A stretch of 64,000 bases of DNA from a bacterium (GCA_037446635.1 JBBIIG010000002.1:102002-166001); one strand, 5' to 3'; numbered from the stretch's first letter, positions 1 to 9,441 are shown. Program-made: numbers and translations. The notes: generated by a model not told the origin, from the sequence alone.

Positions 1-683
1 CGGATTTGGCAAAACGTTACGACGTTTTTGTCACCGCCGGCTCTGCGGAAGTGGAAATCACCAAACGCGGCGAGAAACCCAAATATTTCAACACCCAGTT
101 TGTGCTCGATCGCGAGGGCAAAGTGGTTGGCAAATATCGCAAGATTGTTTTGCTGGCGTTCGGCGAGTACATTCCGTTTGTGGAAACCTTTCCGGTTTTG
201 GAGAAGTGGCTGCCGTCCACCATCTCCCAATTTACGCGCGGAAGCGAGAAACCGGTTTTCACGCTCGATGACAGCACGCGCTGGCTGCCGCTGATTTGTT
301 ACGAGGACATCATTTCCGGATTCATCGCCGGCTTCAATCACCGCCGCGCCGATTTTATGGTGAATATCACCAACGACGGCTGGTTCGGAAAATCGTCGGC
401 GTCGCATTTACACAAGCAAATGGCGCGGCCGCGGGCGGTGGAGTTTCGTAAGCCTCTGGCGCGCTGTCTCAACACCGGCAGCTCGCAGGTGATCGATGCC
501 GCCGGACGCACCATTTCCCGCGAGACCGCTTTGTACACCCGCGAGTTCATCAACGTGACACTGAACCTGCCGTCAACTCCGCCGGTGACCGTTTATGCGA
601 TTGTGGGAAATTGGCCAGTGTATTTTTTGATCGTAGTTATCGCAGTTTTGTGGGTGAGAAAGAAGTTCTTCGGCCCAAAATAA
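1..683 (+). CDS. lnt: Apolipoprotein N-acyltransferase (Lnt), C-terminal carbon-nitrogen hydrolase domain plus terminal TM helix; gene begins upstream of the window
   Basis: Translation has CN-hydrolase/Lnt-like blocks (YRKIVLLAFGEYIPF, ICYEDIISGF, NITNDGWFG) and ends in a hydrophobic helix (VYFLIVVIAVLWV). The reading frame is open to the window edge. Confidence 0.7.
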   Translation, partial: DLAKRYDVFVTAGSAEVEITKRGEKPKYFNTQFVLDREGKVVGKYRKIVLLAFGEYIPFVETFPVLEKWLPSTISQFTRGSEKPVFTLDDSTRWLPLICYEDIISGFIAGFNHRRADFMVNITNDGWFGKSSASHLHKQMARPRAVEFRKPLARCLNTGSSQVIDAAGRTISRETALYTREFINVTLNLPSTPPVTVYAIVGNWPVYFLIVVIAVLWVRKKFFGPK

Positions 684-771
684 TTCAACAAAGGCACGAA
701 GTACAAAGCCCCGTCTTTGTGTTCAATTCAAAATACTCTTCATTGGTAAAACTAATTCTGGCATGCGAAAT

Positions 772-800
772 GTAGGGAACGCATCATATGCGTTCCCTAC
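772..800. promoter_or_regulatory. Perfect 13-bp-arm inverted repeat (GTAGGGAACGCAT-cat-ATGCGTTCCCTAC) about 40 bp upstream of the mutM start; candidate operator or hairpin
   Basis: Palindrome read directly in the sequence. The annotated ATG at 788 lies in its loop, but the Fpg N-terminus MPELPEVE starts at 839. Confidence 0.3.
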
Positions 801-838
801 GGGTTGCGATTTTATACAATACTTCAGTTAAAAAAGAG

Positions 839-1669
839 ATGCCCGAGCTTCCCGAAGTTGAAACCATCCGCCGCGCCTTGAACCAGCACTTGCCTGGCCT
901 CCGAATCGAAAAAGTGCGGGTGCGGGATGCGCGCTTGCGGTCGCCAGTTGACGAACGAAAGTTGAAGCGATTAATAGTTGGGCAGGCGATCCGAGAGATA
1001 AATCGCCGCGCTAAATATCTGCTCATTCACTTCGCCAACGATGCTGACTTGATCCTCCACCTCGGCATGAGCGGCCGGCTTCTGCTGCTGCGCGAAGCTC
1101 TGCCGTTTGAGAAGCACGATCACGTCATTTTTTATTTTGAAAATCAAACCGAGCTGCGTTTTCGCGATCCCCGCCGCTTCGGGCTGGTGGACGCGATCCA
1201 ATCAGCCGAATTAGAAAACGATCCGCGTTTCGCTAATCTCGGCCCTGAGCCGCTCGATCCCCAAACCCGCGCCCGCGTTCTATTTGAGCGCGCCAATCAT
1301 CTCAAAAAGCCCATCAAAAATTTGTTGATGGATGCCCGCTTCGTGGTGGGCGTCGGAAACATTTACGCCAACGAAGCTTTGTTTCACGCCGGCATTCACC
1401 CGTTCACGCCGGCCCATTCGCTCTCGCCGGCAGACTGGCAGCGGCTGCTGAGCGCCATTAAAAAAATTTTGCGGAACGCCATTCAAAAAGGCGGCACCAC
1501 CCTCAACGATTTCGTGAACAGCGACGGCGAGATGGGGTATTTTCAATTGTCGCTGGCGGTTTACGACAAAGAAGGGCAACGGTGTCCAATCTGTCAAACG
1601 AAAATTGCGCGGGAGGTGCAGGTAGGGCGCAGCACCTATTTTTGTCCGCGCTGCCAGAAGCTGCGGTGA
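839..1669 (+). CDS. mutM: Formamidopyrimidine-DNA glycosylase (Fpg/MutM)
   Basis: N-terminus is the canonical MPELPEVE (Pro2 catalytic). C-terminus carries the CPICQ...CPRCQ zinc finger. The ORF-track start at 788 is 17 codons too long. Confidence 0.9.
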   Translation: MPELPEVETIRRALNQHLPGLRIEKVRVRDARLRSPVDERKLKRLIVGQAIREINRRAKYLLIHFANDADLILHLGMSGRLLLLREALPFEKHDHVIFYFENQTELRFRDPRRFGLVDAIQSAELENDPRFANLGPEPLDPQTRARVLFERANHLKKPIKNLLMDARFVVGVGNIYANEALFHAGIHPFTPAHSLSPADWQRLLSAIKKILRNAIQKGGTTLNDFVNSDGEMGYFQLSLAVYDKEGQRCPICQTKIAREVQVGRSTYFCPRCQKLR

Positions 1670-1786
1670 TGGAGACTCATCTTTCAAGGTGATTCATAAC
1701 TATTCTATTCTTCACTGGATTAGCCGCTTCAGTCGAGTTGGCTTCAGAAGCGCCCAATTTTCCCAGCTACCGCTCCTCGGGGCAAG

Positions 1787-2314
1787 TTGTTTTTTTTCCG
1801 TTATCGGGCCGACGGCGCGGCGGCTGGCACGGCAGTCGCCGCTGGCCAACGGGCGCGGATTTCTCCGCAGGGATATTTTTACGCCGGTCCGCTGAGCGTG
1901 ATGGCCGAGTACGCCATTTCATCTCAGGAAATGCGGCGCGACGCCGCCGCGGCCAAAATTTCTCACCACGCCTGGCAAGTCAGCGCGGCGGTTTTTTTGA
2001 CCGGCGGCAAAAATTCGTTCCGCGGCGCGTCGCCAAAAACGTCCTTCGATCCCGCCAACCGAAAGTGGGGCGCCGTTGAGCTGGCGGCGCGGCTGCACGC
2101 CCTCGACTTCGATGAGGAGGCGTTTCCGGTTTTTGCCAATCCGGTTTCCTCCACCCGCAAAGCGCTGGCCTGGGCGGTGGGCGTCAACTGGTATTTGAAT
2201 CAACACGCAAAGTTCGCCATCAATTTTGAGCAAACGTCGTTCGACGGCGGCGCTCTAAATTCCGATCGCGCGGCTGAAAAGATTTTTCTCAGCCGCTTTC
2301 AAATTGCTTATTGA
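1787..2314 (+). pseudogene. Remnant (C-terminal third) of a phosphate-selective porin O/P family outer-membrane protein; the N-terminal two thirds are absent
   Basis: C-terminal blocks typical of Porin_O_P (GAVELAARLHALDF, GVNWYLNQHAKFAINFEQTSFDGG) ending in aromatic ...RFQIAY. Only 175 aa with no signal peptide. mutM lies immediately upstream, leaving no room for the missing barrel. Confidence 0.5.
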
Positions 2315-2325
2315 GTTATTACTGG

Positions 2326-2511
2326 ACTATTGTAAAAACCCTTAGAGGAGATGGCTTCTATCAATGAAAGCAGATCGCTTGGAAATGAATTTCCAAGCTA
2401 ATAGCTTAAGCCTAATAAATTTAGCTGTTGCTGTCTTAGTCGATTTCAATCGACTTCAGCAAATTAGCCTGATGATTCATCAATCAGGCGATCTGAGATT
2501 TTTACAATAGT
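2326..2511. repeat. AT-rich MITE-like element with 14-bp terminal inverted repeats (ACTATTGTAAAAAC ... ATTTTTACAATAGT) and internal palindromes
   Basis: TIRs match 13 of 14. Internal palindromes are CTTGGAAATGAATTTCCAAG and GTCGATTTCAATCGAC. The local GC is much lower than the flanks. It sits between the porin remnant and sbp. Confidence 0.35.
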
Positions 2512-2549
2512 TTAGTTATTATAAACCATCCGAGTTCAGGAGATCTGAG

Positions 2550-3581
2550 ATGTGTAAAAAAATTATCGCCTTAAGTTTTATCTTCGCAACGATTTTTTCC
2601 CTTGGTTGCGGCGAAGATACAACTTCAAAAAAGCCGGAGGTGACGCTGTTAAACGTTTCGTATGATCCGACCCGAGAATTTTATCAGGACTTCAACGTTG
2701 AATTCATTGCGCACTGGCGGGAAAAGACCGGCCAGACGGTCGCCATTAATCAATCGCACGGCGGCTCCGGCAAGCAGGCGCGCGCGATCATCGACGGCCT
2801 CGAAGCGGACGTGGCGACGCTGGCGCTGGCGTACGATATCGACGCCATTCACGAGCGCGCGGGTTTGATTCCGAAAGATTGGCAAACGCGCCTGCCCCAC
2901 AACAGCGCGCCCTATTTTTCCACTATCGTTTTTTTGGTGCGCAAAGGCAATCCTAAAAACATCAGAGATTGGAATGATTTGATTCGGCCGGACGTGGCCG
3001 TCATCACCCCGAATCCCAAAACCTCCGGCGGCGCGCGCTGGAATTATCTCGCCGCCTGGGGCTACGTTCTCAAAAACGGCGGCGACGAAAATTCCGCCCG
3101 CGAATTTGTGAGCAAGCTTTTTAAAAATGTGCCGGTGCTGGACTCCGGCGCGCGCGGCGCCACCACTACGTTTGTAGAACGCGGCCTCGGCGACGTCTTT
3201 ATTTCCTGGGAAAACGAAGCGTTTTTGGCGGTAAAGAAATTGGGAGCGGAAAAATTTGAAATTATTACGCCGTCGGTAAGCATTCTCGCCGAGCCGCCGG
3301 TTACGATCATCGATAAAGTGGCCGATAAACATAATACGCGGGAAATCGCCACCGCTTATCTGCAATATCTTTACACGGAGGTCGGCCAAACGCTGGCGGC
3401 GAAGCATTTTTATCGTCCGCGCACGCAACCCGCGCCGGACTCGCCGGCGGCAAAATATGCGGAGCTATTTCCGCAAGTGAACATGTTCACCATCGATGAA
3501 ATGTTTGGCGGCTGGCAGGCCGCGCAAAAAACTCATTTCGATGACGGCGGAATTTTCGATCAGATTTATTTGAGCCAATAA
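2550..3581 (+). CDS. sbp: Sulfate/thiosulfate ABC transporter substrate-binding lipoprotein (Sbp/CysP)
   Basis: Lipobox LGC after an N-terminal signal. Sbp-family blocks [11 protein letters not shown] and [26 protein letters not shown]. Followed by cysTWA. Confidence 0.85.
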   Translation: MCKKIIALSFIFATIFSLGCGEDTTSKKPEVTLLNVSYDPTREFYQDFNVEFIAHWREKTGQTVAINQSHGGSGKQARAIIDGLEADVATLALAYDIDAIHERAGLIPKDWQTRLPHNSAPYFSTIVFLVRKGNPKNIRDWNDLIRPDVAVITPNPKTSGGARWNYLAAWGYVLKNGGDENSAREFVSKLFKNVPVLDSGARGATTTFVERGLGDVFISWENEAFLAVKKLGAEKFEIITPSVSILAEPPVTIIDKVADKHNTREIATAYLQYLYTEVGQTLAAKHFYRPRTQPAPDSPAAKYAELFPQVNMFTIDEMFGGWQAAQKTHFDDGGIFDQIYLSQ

Positions 3582-3632
3582 TTAACCTTGCGAAGCTTTT
3601 AAACCCTTCGCAATAGTTAGACAAAACCACCT

Positions 3633-4466
3633 ATGAATATTACTCTTAAACAGCGCAGCGTTTTGCCCGGCTTCGGTCTCAGCCTCGGCTACGCGCTTTT
3701 TTATCTCAGCCTGATCGTGCTCCTCCCGCTTTCCGGAATTTTCCTGAAAACCATGAGCCTGACATGGGGAGAATTCTGGGCTGCGGTGACCTCGCCGCGC
3801 GTGCTGGCTTCGTACCGGCTCACTTTCGGCGCTGCATTCGCCGCCGCCCTCGTTAATGGCCTCTTTGGGCTTTTAGTGGCGTGGGTGCTGGTGCGCTACC
3901 ATTTCCCCGGCCGAAAAATTTTAGACGCGCTGGTGGATTTGCCGTTTGCCCTGCCGACCGCGGTGGCGGGCATCAGCCTCACCGCCCTCTACAGCAGCAC
4001 CGGCTGGGTCGGACGTTATCTCGATGCTGTCGGAATCAAAGCTGCGTTCAGTCCGCTGGGCGTGATGATCGCGCTGACCTTCATCGGGCTGCCGTTCGTG
4101 GTGCGCACGGTGCAGCCGGTGCTCGAAGATCTCGACGCCGAAGTCGAAGAAGCGGCGATGAGTTTGGGCGCCACGCGCTGGCAGATTTTCTACAAAATTA
4201 TTTTCCCAACGTTGACGCCGGCGCTGCTCACCGGTTTCGCGCAGGCGTTTGCGCGAGCGTTGGGCGAGTACGGCTCGGTGGTGTTTATCTCCGGCAACAT
4301 GCCGATGAAAACCGAAATCACCGCCCTGCTGATCATGACCAAATTGGAGCAGTACGATTACGCCGGCGCGACCGCCATCGCCGTGGTGATGCTGACGGCG
4401 TCGTTTGCGCTGCTGTTCGTCATCAATATTTTGCAGTGGTGGAGCCGCCGGCGGCGCGGCGCTTGA
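3633..4466 (+). CDS. cysT: Sulfate ABC transporter permease CysT
   Basis: Six-TM permease with the ABC permease EAA-like loop (EEAAMSLGATRWQIF). First of two paralogous permeases after sbp. Confidence 0.85.
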   Translation: MNITLKQRSVLPGFGLSLGYALFYLSLIVLLPLSGIFLKTMSLTWGEFWAAVTSPRVLASYRLTFGAAFAAALVNGLFGLLVAWVLVRYHFPGRKILDALVDLPFALPTAVAGISLTALYSSTGWVGRYLDAVGIKAAFSPLGVMIALTFIGLPFVVRTVQPVLEDLDAEVEEAAMSLGATRWQIFYKIIFPTLTPALLTGFAQAFARALGEYGSVVFISGNMPMKTEITALLIMTKLEQYDYAGATAIAVVMLTASFALLFVINILQWWSRRRRGA

Positions 4467-4506
4467 ACCACGAATTTCACGAATTACACTCATGTGAATT
4501 TAATCC

Positions 4507-4571
4507 AACACCGTTTGCAACGGTGTTTCGGCAAGTCATATTCAAGACAAATTCACCGTTTCAAACGGTGA
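4507..4571. repeat. Two copies of a palindromic motif (AACACCGTT-tgc-AACGGTGTT and TCACCGTTT-c-AAACGGTGA) in the cysT-cysW spacer
   Basis: Read directly in the sequence. The same half-site AACACCGT/ACGGTGTT recurs at 12765-12790. Confidence 0.4.
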
Positions 4572-4592
4572 AGGATCACAACAAAGGCTAAC

Positions 4593-5441
4593 ATGAAATT
4601 GTCCGAATCTTCTGTTTCTGCTAAGTCCCAGCGCGCCACAACCGAGCCGCGGTGGGTGCGCTGGCTGCTCATCGGCCTCGTACTTTTGTTTATGGGACTC
4701 TTCCTGTTTTTGCCGCTGACCGCGGTGTTTGTTTACGCCTTTGAAAAAGGCGCGGACGTGTACTTCGGCGCCATCCGCGAGCCGGACGCGCTCTCCGCGA
4801 TCAAATTGACACTGATAACCGCCGGCGCCTCCATCGTCCTCAATTTAATTTTTGGAATCGCTGCGGCGTGGGCCATCGCCAAATTTGAGTTTGCGGGAAA
4901 GAATTTTTTGATCACGCTGATCGACTTGCCGTTCGCGGTGTCGCCGGTGATTTCAGGTTTGATCTTCGTGCTGTTGTTTGGCGCGCACGGGCTTATCGGG
5001 CCGTGGCTGATCGATCTCGGGGTCAAGATTATTTTTGCGGCGCCGGGCATTGTGCTGGCCACGGTGTTTGTCACCTTTCCGTTCGTGGCGCGCGAATTGA
5101 TCCCCCTGATGCAGGCGCAGGGGACGGAGGAAGAGGAGGCGGCGCTGGTGTTGGGCGCCAACGGCTGGCAGACGTTTTTCCGGGTGACGCTGCCCAACAT
5201 CAAATGGGGATTGTTGTACGGAGTGATTCTTTGCAATGCGCGGGCGATGGGTGAGTTTGGCGCGGTGTCGGTGGTGTCGGGGCACATTCGCGGTTTAACG
5301 AACACCTTGCCGCTGCACGTCGAAATTTTGTATAATGAATACAACTTCGCCGCCGCGTTTGCGGTGGCGTCGATGCTGGCTTTGCTTGCGCTGGTAACGC
5401 TGGCGGCGAAGAGCATCGTCGAGTGGAAAAGTAAGACATAA
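4593..5441 (+). CDS. cysW: Sulfate ABC transporter permease CysW
   Basis: Paralogue of CysT with the same EAA loop region ([16 protein letters not shown]). Position between cysT and cysA. Confidence 0.85.
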   Translation: MKLSESSVSAKSQRATTEPRWVRWLLIGLVLLFMGLFLFLPLTAVFVYAFEKGADVYFGAIREPDALSAIKLTLITAGASIVLNLIFGIAAAWAIAKFEFAGKNFLITLIDLPFAVSPVISGLIFVLLFGAHGLIGPWLIDLGVKIIFAAPGIVLATVFVTFPFVARELIPLMQAQGTEEEEAALVLGANGWQTFFRVTLPNIKWGLLYGVILCNARAMGEFGAVSVVSGHIRGLTNTLPLHVEILYNEYNFAAAFAVASMLALLALVTLAAKSIVEWKSKT

Positions 5442-5455
5442 TTGGGACGCGGATT

Positions 5456-5670
5456 GCGCAGATGAACGCAGATTTTTACTTGCTCGTTCGGGATTTAAAA
5501 TCCCAAGCGCGAATTCACTCATTCCCACGCTCTGCGTGGGAATGCATTGTTTGCGAAGCTCTGCTTCGCAAAGAGCAAGCGGTGCTTTGCGTTACATTTG
5601 TCGTTCTCAAGTAAAACTTGGGAAAACGGACTCGTTTTCTCATCTGCGTTAATCTGTGTCATCTGCGTCC
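5456..5670. repeat. Structured 215-bp intergenic element between cysW and cysA with imperfect terminal inverted repeats and three internal GC hairpins
   Basis: Left end GCGCAGATGAACGCAGAT; right end CATCTGCGTTAATCTGTGTCATCTGCG. Hairpins CCCACGC-TCTGC-GTGGG and GCGAAGC-TCTGC-TTCGC share the same loop. A further palindrome is GGGATTTAAAATCCC. Confidence 0.35.
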
Positions 5671-5686
5671 AATAAAAAGGAAAATC

Positions 5687-6763
5687 ATGAGCATCGAAAT
5701 TCGCAACATCACCAAAACGTTCGGCGCGTTCACGGCGCTGAAAAACGTTAGCCTCAGCATTCCCACCGGTGAACTCGTGGCGCTGCTCGGCCCTTCGGGC
5801 TGCGGCAAAACCACCCTGCTGCGCATCATCGCCGGCCTGGAGGTGGCGGACAGCGGCGACATTCTCTTCGAGGGCGAAAACGTCGCCGCCCGCAGTGTGC
5901 GCGAACGCCATGTCGGGTTCGTCTTTCAGCACTACGCGCTCTTTCGCCACATGAGCGTGTTTGAAAACGTGGCCTTCGGACTCGACGTCCGGCCGCGCCG
6001 CTCGCGGCCGGCGAAAGATGAAATCCGCGCGAAAGTTCACTCGCTGCTCAAAATGGTGCAGCTCGAACATTTCGCCGATCGCTATCCTTCGCAGCTTTCC
6101 GGCGGACAACGTCAGCGGGTGGCGTTGGCGCGTGCGCTGGCCGTCGAGCCGAAAGTGCTGCTGCTCGACGAGCCCTTCGGCGCCCTCGACGCCAAAGTGC
6201 GCCAGGAGCTGCGGCGCTGGCTGCGGCGGCTGCACGACGAGCTGCACATCACCAGTGTCTTCGTCACCCACGATCAGGAAGAGGCGATGGAAGTGTCCGA
6301 TTACATCGTCGTGATGAATCAGGGGAAGGTCGAGCAGATGGGCACCCCCGAGCAGGTTTACCACGATCCCGCCACGCCGTTCGTTTATGATTTTCTCGGC
6401 AATTTCAATTTATTTCACGGCCGGGTTTCGGAGGGTAAATTTCGAATGGGCGACTTGACGATCGATTTGCCGGCCAGCGCCAACTCTGAGTTGGAAAGCG
6501 CGATCATTCGTGTGCGGCCGCATCTTTTGGACATCGCCCACGAATCGCCCGAGGGCAATCACTTTCGCGCGCGGGTGGCGCACATCAATCCCGCCGGGCC
6601 GATCGTGAAAGTGGAATTGCTGAGCGAATGGGGCGACACAATTCAAGTGGAATTGACGCAGGAGCGCTACGATGCGCTGCAATTGAAAAAAGACGCCGCG
6701 GTGTTTGTCTTTCCGAAGCGCAAGCGGATTACGATGTGGGAGGGGGAAGGCACAGGCAAGTAA
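5687..6763 (+). CDS. cysA: Sulfate/thiosulfate import ATP-binding protein CysA
   Basis: Walker [13 protein letters not shown] signature [15 protein letters not shown], Walker [12 protein letters not shown], and a C-terminal TOBE-like domain. True start MSIEIRN at 5687 has an AAAAGGA RBS; the ORF-track start at 5618 is an upstream extension. Confidence 0.9.
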   Translation: MSIEIRNITKTFGAFTALKNVSLSIPTGELVALLGPSGCGKTTLLRIIAGLEVADSGDILFEGENVAARSVRERHVGFVFQHYALFRHMSVFENVAFGLDVRPRRSRPAKDEIRAKVHSLLKMVQLEHFADRYPSQLSGGQRQRVALARALAVEPKVLLLDEPFGALDAKVRQELRRWLRRLHDELHITSVFVTHDQEEAMEVSDYIVVMNQGKVEQMGTPEQVYHDPATPFVYDFLGNFNLFHGRVSEGKFRMGDLTIDLPASANSELESAIIRVRPHLLDIAHESPEGNHFRARVAHINPAGPIVKVELLSEWGDTIQVELTQERYDALQLKKDAAVFVFPKRKRITMWEGEGTGK

Positions 6764-6805
6764 TATCAGGGGGCGGTTCATCGAGGCTTACCTCCACCGA
6801 AAATT

Positions 6806-7201
6806 TCATTTTGTTTTTACGATGATTCTCTTTGTAACCCATTCCGCTAATTCATCTCTCGATATTTTCCCATCTGCCAACTGCAAAAACAAACGTTCCT
6901 GTTCGTCAACAGATGCCTCAATCTCGTATCCGTTCAGCAAAAGGAAAATTTCCATAGCTGCATGGGCAACTCTTTTGTTGCCATCTACAAATGGATGATT
7001 CATTGCAAGAGAATGTGCCAAGGCCGCTGCTTTCTCGGGTAGAGTGAGATATAGATCTTTCTGCCCGAATGTCATTTGTGGTTGTGCCAGCGCTGATTCT
7101 AATGCCGCCATATCTCTGACTCCGTGTGCGCTGCCTGATTGCGCAATGATCTGACGATGAAGTTCTAATACTTGAAAGAGTGATAGAAATTTCATGTTCA
7201 A
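6806..7201 (-). CDS. doc: Doc (death-on-curing) Fic-family toxin of a type II TA pair
   Basis: Fic motif HPFVDGNKR is present. Size 131 aa. Immediately follows a small antitoxin ORF. Confidence 0.85.
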   Translation of the reverse strand: MNMKFLSLFQVLELHRQIIAQSGSAHGVRDMAALESALAQPQMTFGQKDLYLTLPEKAAALAHSLAMNHPFVDGNKRVAHAAMEIFLLLNGYEIEASVDEQERLFLQLADGKISRDELAEWVTKRIIVKTK

Positions 7202-7399
7202 CTAAGCAAGCCGTTTGTAGAGTTCGGCGTTTTTCTTGAGCACGTATTGCATGGCATCCGTGAAATCTGAGTCTAGATTTGCTAATTTCTCTTGCAAGCT
7301 CGTCAGCAAAAATTCTTCGGGTTTGACCCCGATTTTTTCAGACGCATCTCTTAACTGCTCCGCCGTTTCTTCGGGCAAAGTGAGGGTGATTTGTTCCAT
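7202..7399 (-). CDS. Phd-like antitoxin, 65 aa (start MEQITLTL; the ORF-track start at 7471 is an extension)
   Basis: Small acidic protein directly upstream of doc and abutting it. AAGAGG RBS 9 nt before the ATG at 7399. Confidence 0.6.
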   Translation of the reverse strand: MEQITLTLPEETAEQLRDASEKIGVKPEEFLLTSLQEKLANLDSDFTDAMQYVLKKNAELYKRLA

Positions 7400-7424
7400 G
7401 GTTTTAAACCTCTTTTGGTGAAGA

Positions 7425-7580
7425 ATGAATGAAGCCGAGGCTGTCGCGTTCGCCGTGCCAGCAATCATCAATGTTGATGTAGAGATAGCCGGCGTCTTTC
7501 ATGCCGAAGGCAACCATCGCGTCGGCGGTCTCGTGGAAGGTCTTTCTTTGAATCAAATCTTTCTTAGTTGGTGCTCTTTA
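7425..7580 (-). pseudogene. Short remnant of a GH27 alpha-galactosidase-like gene
   Basis: Minus-strand translation KKDLIQRKTFHETADAMVAFGMKDAGYLYINIDDCWHGERDSLG matches the GH27 N-terminal signature (ETADAMV...GL.DAGY.YINIDDCW). It is bounded by stop codons about 50 aa apart. Confidence 0.45.
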
Positions 7581-7805
7581 AAATATCCGACTGCACCATC
7601 ATCAAACCAGACCATAACATCGTCATCTTCATAACCAAGTCCCGCTGGCTGTTGCGCTTTTCCTGTTTTGCCCAGCATATATTTTAAGGTTTTTGGCTGC
7701 TTTTTTTGGCTCCCATTCAAATTCCATTGCAAATAATACAAATTATTTCTGAAGCACGCAACTCTACAGATGTGTGATCATCTGAAACTGGCAGCCATTC
7801 TATTA

Positions 7806-9071
7806 TCATTTCTCAAGCGCCTCCACCCTCACGATAGTGATATCATCCGCGGCCGGCTGCTCGCCCATAAAAGCCAGCACATCGTCCAGCAGGCTCTGCG
7901 CTGTGGCCGAAGAACTGCTGACATAACGAAGTAAGCGCGCTTCACTGTACTCTTCCAATGAAGAATTCCGCGCTTCGATGACGCCATCTGAGTAGAGGAA
8001 CAACCGGCTTCCTTGAGCCATCTCCAGCTCATATTCAGCGTAGCTCCCCTCTTTGATCCCCAGCGGCAGCTCCGGCTTAACCTTAATGACGCGCACCCCG
8101 TTCGCATCAACCAGAATGGGCGGGAGGTGTCCCGCGTTGGCAAAAGTGATGGTACGGCGGTCGGGGTCAACGACGGCATAAATCACAGTAACAAATTTGG
8201 CGGTGGGCAGGTCTGCAGTAAGCACTCGGTTGACGCGGGAGAGCACGGCGCCCGGCGATCCTCCTTTTTCAGCGTGCAGGCGAAGAATACTGCGGGTGGA
8301 AGCCATCAGCAGTGCGGCCCCGACCCCTTTCCCAGCCACGTCGCCCAATACCACCGCGACTCTTCCGGAAGGAAGCGGGATGTAGTCGTACCAGTCGCCG
8401 CCCACTGCAAGGCACGGCTGCGACAACCCTGAAATTCGAAAACGCGGGAGCTCCGGAGCGTGTTCCGGGAACAACCGGGACTGAATGGTGCGCGCCTCCG
8501 CCAACTCCTGCACCATGCGCTCTTTCTCGATGCGCTCGCGCTCGAACAGGCGGGCGTTCTCGATAGCGGTGCCGATGTGTCCCGCCAGCGCTTCGAGGAG
8601 TTGCAGGCGGTGCGGCGGGAAGGCGTCGAGCTCTGCGTGTTGCGCATTGAAAACGCCAATGACTCGGCCGTATGATTTTATGGGGATATCAACCTCCGAG
8701 TGCGTGGAGGCCTCGCTCACCATGTAATAGGGATTCCTGGTCACGTCCGGGGCGTAGCAAGTTTCGCCCGTCACAGCCACGTGCCCAGTCATGCCCATTG
8801 GAATTTTGAAGCGCTCGCCCTTGACGTGGTAACAAGAGGTCCAACCGCGAACGGCGGCGATGACCAGTTCATGAGTTGCTTCGTCAACGAGCAGAACGGC
8901 CGAGCGCGTATAGCCAAAAGTCTCCGCGACGTCAACGACAATCTGCTCCAGCAGCGCGTCGAGATCCAGTATGGAGCTGATTCGCTGGGTCACCCGCTGG
9001 AGCAGCATAAAATCCTGAATTTGAGATTGCTGTTCCTGGAGAGACTCTCTGGGCGCCGTAGTTTCGTTCAT
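7806..9071 (-). CDS. GAF-sensor PP2C-type serine phosphatase (RsbU/SpoIIE family)
   Basis: N-terminal GAF-like region followed by PPM/SpoIIE blocks (GGDWYDY, VVLGDVAGKGVGAA, FLYSDGVIEA). AGAGGAAA RBS before the second ATG. Confidence 0.8.
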   Translation of the reverse strand: MNETTAPRESLQEQQSQIQDFMLLQRVTQRISSILDLDALLEQIVVDVAETFGYTRSAVLLVDEATHELVIAAVRGWTSCYHVKGERFKIPMGMTGHVAVTGETCYAPDVTRNPYYMVSEASTHSEVDIPIKSYGRVIGVFNAQHAELDAFPPHRLQLLEALAGHIGTAIENARLFERERIEKERMVQELAEARTIQSRLFPEHAPELPRFRISGLSQPCLAVGGDWYDYIPLPSGRVAVVLGDVAGKGVGAALLMASTRSILRLHAEKGGSPGAVLSRVNRVLTADLPTAKFVTVIYAVVDPDRRTITFANAGHLPPILVDANGVRVIKVKPELPLGIKEGSYAEYELEMAQGSRLFLYSDGVIEARNSSLEEYSEARLLRYVSSSSATAQSLLDDVLAFMGEQPAADDITIVRVEALEK

Positions 9072-9412
9072 CATTTTCCTCTAAAGGCAGGGGCCTTTTT
9101 GTCGTGTTGCATGGGTTTACGACTTTCTCCGAAGTGAAGTTACCTGAAGCCAGTTTCAGCCGCTGCAGGATTTCAGACTGATAAAAGCGATATTTTGAAG
9201 ATGGCCTTGACCTGTCTGCAAATCAAGATAATTAGCCCGAGAAGCCAATGCAACGCATCTTTTAAACAGCCGTTAAGCACTAATAATAATAAAATAAACT
9301 ACGAAGCACACGAAGGGCACGAAGTGGAAATTGATAAATTTCACTGTGGAGCTTGCTTTAACTTTCGCGCCCTTGGTGGTAGAGCGAGAAGCAACATTTT
9401 CATAAAATTCTG

Positions 9413-9441
9413 TTGACAATCTTGCTTCGTTTTCGTACTAA
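9413..9441 (+). promoter_or_regulatory. Sigma70-like promoter (TTGACA-17 bp-TACTAA) about 135 bp upstream of the 9577 gene
   Basis: Consensus -35 with 17-bp spacing to a TAnnnT -10, in a 500-bp noncoding spacer. Confidence 0.4.

Noticed and set aside
1689-2079. ORFs 1689-1895 and 1738-2079 upstream of the porin remnant
   Set aside because: They are alternative frames over the same degraded region. Only the 1787 frame carries Porin_O_P-like blocks.
2649-3428. Long antisense ORFs embedded in well-supported genes (for example 2649-3428, 3921-4493, 4733-5416, 5519-6364, 11328-11849, 13215-14063, 17518-18726, 21074-22081, 25291-26190, 28407-29039, 30821-31840, 35668-36321, 40422-41177, 44551-45291, 45301-46095, 47669-48226, 52614-53315, 55670-55996, 61914-62603)
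   Set aside because: They are high-GC frame artefacts with Arg/Ala/Gly/Pro-rich or otherwise non-protein-like composition. They overlap genes that have strong motif support on the other strand.
7553-7741. 62-aa ORF MYYLQWNLNG... next to the GH27 fragment
   Set aside because: It has no start context and no recognisable motif. It is probably part of the same degraded region rather than a gene.
9195-9416. 73-aa ORF in the spacer upstream of the GAF-PP2C gene
   Set aside because: It is low-complexity with no RBS. It overlaps the likely promoter region (ACGAAG x3 repeats).
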